13,275 bases of DNA from Pseudomonadota bacterium (lineage in GTDB: Bacteria; Bdellovibrionota_B; Oligoflexia; Oligoflexales; CAIMVM01): NCBI GenBank assembly GCA_037142195.1, contig JBAXBA010000093.1:1-13275 (forward strand). The letters run 5' to 3'. This document shows, one piece after another, positions 7,599 through 13,275 of this stretch. The position numbers and the translations under genes were made by a program. The notes beneath the pieces were generated by a model. It made no database searches. It saw nothing but the letters and a program-made list of their open reading frames with translations, and had not been told where the DNA came from. Every line of letters starts with the position of its first letter. Position 1 is the first letter of the stretch.

Positions 7599-9651
7599 AA
7601 AGGTAAGGAAAATCAAAAGTTAAAACGTCTGCATCTTGACTTAGTATCTGTTCCCAAGCGAACTGAAAGAAAATGTCATCATCAAGCACGATAATTAGAG
7701 GCTTAGCCCCAACCGCGGGGGCGCTGAATTTAACTCGATTTAAATTTGTAACTATGAATTTGAGAAGGTGCTCTCTGCTAATTGGCTTTGGTATAAATGC
7801 TTGAGCACCCATGTCAATAGCCCGCCTATAATCTTCGGGTAGAGTTCTATTTGAGTGCATACATATAGAGCCTTGGTAGTTTCTACTCCTCAATTCCTCC
7901 AAAACATTAAAGCCATCGATGCTGCCACATCCTAGGTCTATATCGCATAAAAGAAAATCGGGCATATTGGTAACATCTTTCAACAAAAGATTCATTCCTT
8001 GGTCAAAAGATTCAATTGCTAAGACAGCACTTAGGGTTGGCGACCTAGCAATAATTTCCAAAACGCAATTTCGGTAAACCGCTTCATCATCCAAGATGCC
8101 TAGCGAAAGTTTCTTACCAATTTGTTTGGAATAATTAATAATTTCTGCCTCTAAGCCAAGCTCATTTTGATTGTCATCGTCACTTTCACATTGGGTTATC
8201 ATGGAGGTTATTGCAGCTTTAATTTCTTCATGGTTTGGGCGCAATATTGCTGTAGTATGAGAAAGTTCTTCAGCTGTAGGGAGCAGAAATTTGAATTCTA
8301 CCCCCCTATCACCTTGAACTGGAGATTCGCACCAAATACGCCCGCCGTGGGTTGTGACAACTTCTTTGGCTATTGCTAGACCTAAACCGGTGCCGCCGAT
8401 TTTTCCCGCGGTAAAAAATGCTTCGAAGATCTTTGAATGATCAATTTCAATGATTGGGGGACCGTTGTTGCCTAGAGTTATCTCAACAAAACAAGAATTT
8501 TCATGGAAAGTTTCTTTGGAATTGATCCAAATTTCGCCTTGTTTGTTGACGGCTTGAATCGCATTTCCAATAATATTTGAGAATAAGCGAAGAATTTTTG
8601 CAGAGTCAACTTTTAATAGATGTTTGTGATTCAGGTCATATTTGTATCTAATTTTGGCGTCTGGGTAGATTCGAGCCGATTCGTTAAGGCATGATTCAAT
8701 TATGGATTCGAGGCTGGTTTTTTCTAAATTTAGAGTAAATTTTTGACCTACCATCATGACATCGGAAATTAAACCATTGACAGATGAAAGTGCCTTTTCG
8801 ATCTCGGGGAGCAATTTAGTTGATATGGTCCTTGTTTCTTCCTGTGACTTTGCTTTAGCTAATAAGCTTAGGCCCATTTGAAAAATGCCAAAAGGTTTAC
8901 GAACATCGTGCGCAAGCATTTGAACCGTTGCCGCAATGGCTTTGTATTTCATCAGCTGCGCAGTCTCTAGTCTTTGGGTTTCTAACTTTCGACGGTCGTT
9001 CATTAGGGACTCAAAGTCATCCTGTATGGACTTGATCTCAGCATATGCCGGGTTTTTTGCAGCATTTCCCGAATGATCGTCTCGAATTAAAGTTAAGAGC
9101 TGTTGTACAGGACCAAGGATCAATTCCTTCGGTGTTTTTCGAGCAATTGGCAGCAAAAGCATTGCCATCAAAAGACATATGGCAACGGTAATTGCCAATC
9201 GATGTGTCAGTGTATTCACAAGGCCGCCGGATGTGAAAACATTTCCGCTAAAAATGAATATCCCGAAATCCTGATCTCCGAGTTTTTTCAATGGCCGTGA
9301 AAAAGTCCAAGTTCCGGGAATGTGCCAGTCTACTCCTGGCTTAACGAATAGGCTTTTTGAATCTTCAGGCCGCAACCATTTCACGGCTTGCTCAGGGTTA
9401 TCGCGATTAGTGTCGTCAAGAATTTGCTTGATGGCATCGTCATTTTTTACCAACAGCTCACTGATGACAATGTTCTGCAGGTTTTCAGCGCGACGATCAA
9501 GATTCGTTATAAGGTCTCTGTATGATAGCGCTGTTTCGGCAATTGTTATTATCACAGAACCGGCAATAAGAATTGCCAAAGCTGCGACGATCCGGCGTTG
9601 GATCTTTGCACGAATGAGTTGCTCTAAAGATGGAAGTGTTTTGTCATTCAT
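7555..9651 (-). CDS. Membrane hybrid sensor histidine kinase (2 TM, periplasmic sensor, HisKA, HATPase_c, REC, truncated REC)
   Basis: H-box MLAHDVRKP, N-box FSNIIGNAIQA, G1 GNNGPPI, F-box IFEAFFT, G2 GGTGLGLAI; REC1 ILDDE..LCDIDLG..HSN..IPKP. The ATG directly follows the SDR stop (TAAATG). Confidence 0.92.
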   Translation of the reverse strand: MNDKTLPSLEQLIRAKIQRRIVAALAILIAGSVIITIAETALSYRDLITNLDRRAENLQNIVISELLVKNDDAIKQILDDTNRDNPEQAVKWLRPEDSKSLFVKPGVDWHIPGTWTFSRPLKKLGDQDFGIFIFSGNVFTSGGLVNTLTHRLAITVAICLLMAMLLLPIARKTPKELILGPVQQLLTLIRDDHSGNAAKNPAYAEIKSIQDDFESLMNDRRKLETQRLETAQLMKYKAIAATVQMLAHDVRKPFGIFQMGLSLLAKAKSQEETRTISTKLLPEIEKALSSVNGLISDVMMVGQKFTLNLEKTSLESIIESCLNESARIYPDAKIRYKYDLNHKHLLKVDSAKILRLFSNIIGNAIQAVNKQGEIWINSKETFHENSCFVEITLGNNGPPIIEIDHSKIFEAFFTAGKIGGTGLGLAIAKEVVTTHGGRIWCESPVQGDRGVEFKFLLPTAEELSHTTAILRPNHEEIKAAITSMITQCESDDDNQNELGLEAEIINYSKQIGKKLSLGILDDEAVYRNCVLEIIARSPTLSAVLAIESFDQGMNLLLKDVTNMPDFLLCDIDLGCGSIDGFNVLEELRSRNYQGSICMHSNRTLPEDYRRAIDMGAQAFIPKPISREHLLKFIVTNLNRVKFSAPAVGAKPLIIVLDDDIFFQFAWEQILSQDADVLTFDFPYLLNKGKIRARPRTIE

Positions 9652-10443
9652 TTAGTATGATCTCGTAAATCCGCCGTCATGCAAGATATTTATACCTGTC
9701 ATGTGGTCCGAGAAGGATGACAAAAGACCTTCGACGGCTGTTGCTACTTCTTCGGGCTTGCCGTACTTTTTAAGCGGAACATTGGCTGTCTCTTCTGCGA
9801 GTCTATGCAAAAAGTCTACCCCAGCATTTTCAGCGCGTTTTTCCAGTGATGCCGTGTATCCCGGTGTTAGCGTTCCGCCAAGGGACAGAGTATTGACGTG
9901 GATACCGCGATCACCAAGCGCAAATGCCAATGTTTTTGCCTCTGCCAGCCAGGCGCAACGCAGGACGTTACTAGTAGCATAGTGACCTAGGACCTGCGCG
10001 GACGAGATTCCTGAGATGATGACTATCTTGGCGCGCTTTCCGTTGATAGGATCTGGGTTCATACATGCGATCGCCGCTTTTAGAAGGCTTAAAGGTCCGA
10101 TGAAGCTATTTTGAAATATATCACGCCAAGTAGATGGTTCGGGAAGGCACTCATTGGTTGGTGGAATTTGAGGAGGCATCATTACGGCACCATCAAGTTC
10201 AATGCCGGAACTGAGCATATATTTAGCAAAGCTAGCAACGGATTCCTCTTTCGACATATCCACCGATACTATTTTAACGGAGCCAGGGCCGATGTCAGAA
10301 AGTTCATTTGCGAGAGTTTTCAGTTTCTGTTCGTCTCTTGCTGCGAGGAGAAGAGAATACCCAGACTGGGCAAGTTTGTGGCACACCGCATGGCCAATGC
10401 CTCCGGTTGCGCCTGTTACTAAAATTGTTTTCTGCCTAGTCAT
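9652..10443 (-). CDS. SDR-family oxidoreductase, atypical active site
   Basis: TGATGGIG cofactor motif, SGIS, YATSNVLR in place of YxxxK, GIHVNTLSLG, C-terminal TGINILHDGG. Confidence 0.9.
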   Translation of the reverse strand: MTRQKTILVTGATGGIGHAVCHKLAQSGYSLLLAARDEQKLKTLANELSDIGPGSVKIVSVDMSKEESVASFAKYMLSSGIELDGAVMMPPQIPPTNECLPEPSTWRDIFQNSFIGPLSLLKAAIACMNPDPINGKRAKIVIISGISSAQVLGHYATSNVLRCAWLAEAKTLAFALGDRGIHVNTLSLGGTLTPGYTASLEKRAENAGVDFLHRLAEETANVPLKKYGKPEEVATAVEGLLSSFSDHMTGINILHDGGFTRSY

Positions 10444-11597
10444 TTCTTGCTCCTGTCTTGGTTATCAATTAGTGCGGAAACCTCACCATCGAAGGCCTCA
10501 CCAGCTTGAGTTACTTTATATACAGCGTACATTGTAGGACGACCGTAGTTTTGATCATTTTGTCGAACCTTCCTCAAGGCTTCGAGAATTTGTTCGCGAA
10601 CGAGAGTTGTTTTATTTGTGATTTTGAAACCGGCTAAAGCTTTTATAGGTGCTGTAAGCGCAGAGTAAGAAAGCAGAGACACTGCGCCGGTTGGCTCCAT
10701 TTTGCGGTATTTCCTGAATTGCTCTTTGAATACTATAGCACGCCCATCTGTCGCATGGAGTGACCAGGGTGTTGCACGGTAGGCAGAGTAGGAAAAGGTT
10801 GATTTAACCTTTCCTACATAACTAGATGACCAATCGCCCCAACCGTCACCGCCGATAAAAGTGATAGAACTATCTCGCAAATGGTCTGATAATCTGCCGA
10901 TTAGAGTGCCTGATGTATAAGAGGTATTGGGAAGAAGAATAACATCCCCTTTCTGGTAGTGTGTGAGGAGTTCTTGCGGTGGGACTGACTCCGCATTCTT
11001 GTTTAGGAATTTAGTTGACTCTCGAACATTTACCTTGGCAATGGCAGCAAAACTTGAAAAAGTTGAGATAAAGTCCATGCAGTTCTTACAATCAACCTCA
11101 CCAATGGGGGCGATTGCCGCATTTGGAAACCGCTGTCGAGCGATATTGACGACGGCCTGAGTGAAGTATTCGTTTGGAAGAGTCATGCTATAAAAGTTAT
11201 CAGGCATTGACGACACTTCCGACGAAGTCGCAAATGGCGAAATTACGAGCACATCTTTGAATTGCTCTTTTAACAGCAGGAAAAGCGATGATGAACGTGG
11301 ACCGATTACAAGATCAGGGCTCCAGTCTTTAACTTCGGGAACTTTCTTAAGGATTGCCAGAGGTTCTTTGTCATAAAAAAATGTTCTAATGTCGATTGCA
11401 TATCCATAGGACTTCGCCGCATCTGAAGCTGTTAGGATTCCATCCATATAGTCATTTGCATATTTATCAGTCGATAGTTTCTCGAATTTCAAGTTTTCTA
11501 AAATAGCTACTTTGATGCTCGTAGGCTTAGCAAAGCTCATTCCAGAGCCAGTCACTAAAAATATTGCGGTAATTGCAAATGTTTCAAAGTATTTCAT
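10440..11597 (-). CDS. Periplasmic substrate-binding protein, type I fold (LivJ/branched-chain amino acid-like)
   Basis: Signal peptide MKYFETFAITAIFLVTGSGMSFA; IKVAIL, LVIGPRSS, VISPFATS, FIGGDGWG motifs. Start reassigned to ATG 11597 (2 nt after the LysE stop, AGGA upstream), 385 aa. Confidence 0.8.
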   Translation of the reverse strand: MKYFETFAITAIFLVTGSGMSFAKPTSIKVAILENLKFEKLSTDKYANDYMDGILTASDAAKSYGYAIDIRTFFYDKEPLAILKKVPEVKDWSPDLVIGPRSSSLFLLLKEQFKDVLVISPFATSSEVSSMPDNFYSMTLPNEYFTQAVVNIARQRFPNAAIAPIGEVDCKNCMDFISTFSSFAAIAKVNVRESTKFLNKNAESVPPQELLTHYQKGDVILLPNTSYTSGTLIGRLSDHLRDSSITFIGGDGWGDWSSSYVGKVKSTFSYSAYRATPWSLHATDGRAIVFKEQFRKYRKMEPTGAVSLLSYSALTAPIKALAGFKITNKTTLVREQILEALRKVRQNDQNYGRPTMYAVYKVTQAGEAFDGEVSALIDNQDRSKK

Positions 11598-11599
11598 GC

Positions 11600-12205
11600 T
11601 TATCCTGCTACCATACTGAATGCCAAGCGAAGACCAAATCCAACCATAGCAATGCCGCAAATTCGATTGATCATGGTTATGCTATTTGGAGTGATCGATG
11701 CTTTGAACCTGTTGACCACTGTTGAAAGTGATATAAACCACGTTGAAGAGGCGAGAGCTAATCCGCATGCAAACAAGGCGACTTCAGCTCCTGAAAGTGC
11801 GGACTGATAGCCACCAAGCAGAACAGAGCCATCAATAAGTGCGTGCGGGTTACACCAAGTAAGAAGAAACGCTGCTTTCCACAAAGACCCGATTGCTGAG
11901 GGTGTTGCGGAATCTACGGCTGCCGCAGATCTGCGAAGTAAACCGTATCCTACGAATAGTAGAAATCCCGACCCAATTGAGCCTGCAAATAGGCGAGCCA
12001 CAGTGTGGGACTGAATAAGATGCCCAACACCAAGGATACAAGCGATCCCCAATGATATATCCATAAGTGCGAATATTATTGCCACGCGCATGGCACTATT
12101 CATGGTGCCGCGAGCTGCAGAGTTGATGACATATAGATTCTGTGCCCCAATTGGCATTGCGTAGGCAAGACCAAGTAGAAAACCCTGCCCAACCGCCTCA
12201 ATCAT
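11600..12205 (-). CDS. LysE/ArgO-family amino-acid exporter
   Basis: GFLLGLAYAMPIGAQNLYVIN, LLTWCNPHALID, multiple TM helices, INRICGIAMVGFG. Confidence 0.9.
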   Translation of the reverse strand: MIEAVGQGFLLGLAYAMPIGAQNLYVINSAARGTMNSAMRVAIIFALMDISLGIACILGVGHLIQSHTVARLFAGSIGSGFLLFVGYGLLRRSAAAVDSATPSAIGSLWKAAFLLTWCNPHALIDGSVLLGGYQSALSGAEVALFACGLALASSTWFISLSTVVNRFKASITPNSITMINRICGIAMVGFGLRLAFSMVAG

Positions 12206-13113
12206 GCGTGCCCCCTTGCGTATCTGTCAGATGCGGATGTAAACCGAAGTGATTTTCTAGATCGATAGAGTGATAGGTAAAAATCTACATATGTTTCTGA
12301 AATGTATTTATGCTGCCCTGCGATCTTGGCATAGACTTCAGGCGTTTGATCCATGCTCAGAGTCGGCTCTAAGTGATGTTCGACATGCATGTTGTTGTAG
12401 TTTGTAAACCAACGTGAAAATCGGGTTCCCAAGATTGTCCGGGTATTTCTTAAAATATCTGTCGAATCTGCTTCGCATCCTAGGTGCTCCGGCAGTTCGA
12501 TCAGGAAGTGCAATGGTTGCGCGACTAGCACAAATGGCAGTATCCATAATTTTAAGATGATAACTGAACCAAATGCGAAGGCCGAAAAAGTAGCGCATAC
12601 CATAAGAAAACCCATCAAACCATAGTCGAACTCTTCGGAGAAGTTGCTTGGCTCATCGCCCTCTGTAATGGGAATTAAGCGTGAATCGCCATGTCTGAAA
12701 ATTGCATATAGTGATGATTTAATGTGGGAAATACCAAATAAATCGTAAAATAAAGACACCAACGATGGTTCTCGCACAAATCGATATGTGAAGAATGGCG
12801 CGTCTAATGACGTGCCCAGGTTGCGGTGATGCTTCAAATGGGAGCGGCGGTAGGCATGAAAAGAGGTCAGCGTGGGCAACCCTAGCAGCATCCCGACGAC
12901 TTTATTGATGCGGCGTGAATGGAAAGCTGAATAATGCAAACACTGATGCTGGATCTCTACAGCGTGAGTAAACATCGCCCCGATTAAAAATATTCCGGCG
13001 GCATTGACAAGCGAGTTCTCATTTAATGCCAGGAACACGCCAAAGCTAAGCAGAGCTAATAGAAAGCAGATGCGAATACTTGATGCAAGTGAGTTATATT
13101 TTGGTGATATCAT
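12202..13113 (-). CDS. Membrane di-iron fatty-acid-desaturase-family protein
   Basis: Three His boxes HQCLH, HLKHH and HVEHH, plus PEH and hydrophobic segments; ATGA overlap with the LysE gene. Confidence 0.9.
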   Translation of the reverse strand: MISPKYNSLASSIRICFLLALLSFGVFLALNENSLVNAAGIFLIGAMFTHAVEIQHQCLHYSAFHSRRINKVVGMLLGLPTLTSFHAYRRSHLKHHRNLGTSLDAPFFTYRFVREPSLVSLFYDLFGISHIKSSLYAIFRHGDSRLIPITEGDEPSNFSEEFDYGLMGFLMVCATFSAFAFGSVIILKLWILPFVLVAQPLHFLIELPEHLGCEADSTDILRNTRTILGTRFSRWFTNYNNMHVEHHLEPTLSMDQTPEVYAKIAGQHKYISETYVDFYLSLYRSRKSLRFTSASDRYARGHA

Positions 13114-13275
13114 GCGATACGCTCATCATTAAGAAGGCCTAATCCCCGCAAATTCGCTAGTATGTCAGCTCGAGAAGTAGTCGGTTTGTCATTTAAAAAA
13201 AAGTAAAACGGTGTGACTTTCACGGGTGTCTTATCTAAATTGTTAATGATTTCAAATTGGTAAGTTTGTAAAATA
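13110..13275 (-). CDS. 3' end of an unidentified upstream gene (partial, 54 aa visible)
   Basis: Not in the ORF track. Open from the window edge: ILQTYQFEIINNLDKTPVKVTPFYFFLNDKPTTSRADILANLRGLGLLNDERIA*. Its TGA overlaps the desaturase ATG (ATGA). Confidence 0.7.
   Translation of the reverse strand, partial: ILQTYQFEIINNLDKTPVKVTPFYFFLNDKPTTSRADILANLRGLGLLNDERIA

Noticed and set aside
8453..8473. Kinase G1 box reads GNNGPPI rather than DxGxG
   Set aside because: Asn-type G1 variants occur in active kinases such as CusS-like proteins; not evidence of a pseudokinase.
11598..11660. ORF-track start of the binding protein at 11660
   Set aside because: It overlaps the LysE gene by 61 nt; ATG 11597 gives a proper signal peptide and RBS.
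8167..12598. Antisense or off-frame ORFs inside the operon (8167-8379, 9103-9300, 9320-9655, 9701-9982, 10111-10422, 10202-10537, 10963-11160, 11850-12041, 12338-12598)
   Set aside because: Fully nested in motif-bearing genes; no independent evidence.

Overview
Bacterial accessory region with three parts. (1) 1-1920: a 10-bp tandem repeat at the window edge and a lone Wzz-like polysaccharide co-polymerase gene. (2) 2025-6851: a decaying mobile/defence-like patch. It holds an in-frame chimera of an IS607 TnpA N-terminus and a HigB C-terminus followed by higA, a convergent antitoxin + PemK/MazF pair, and two divergent AAA_14/DUF4143-type ATPases (one a triple-lesion pseudogene, one intact), each preceded by its own ~31-32-bp degenerate tandem repeat. 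(3) 7353-13275, minus strand: a tightly coupled operon entering from beyond the window: unknown ORF (partial), membrane desaturase, LysE exporter, stand-alone LivJ-like periplasmic binding protein, atypical SDR, and a hybrid histidine kinase with two receiver domains (the second frameshifted). The operon is the best candidate for an undescribed system, possibly a make-export-sense module for a small amino-acid-derived metabolite. All family calls come from motifs recognised by eye; no database search was run.
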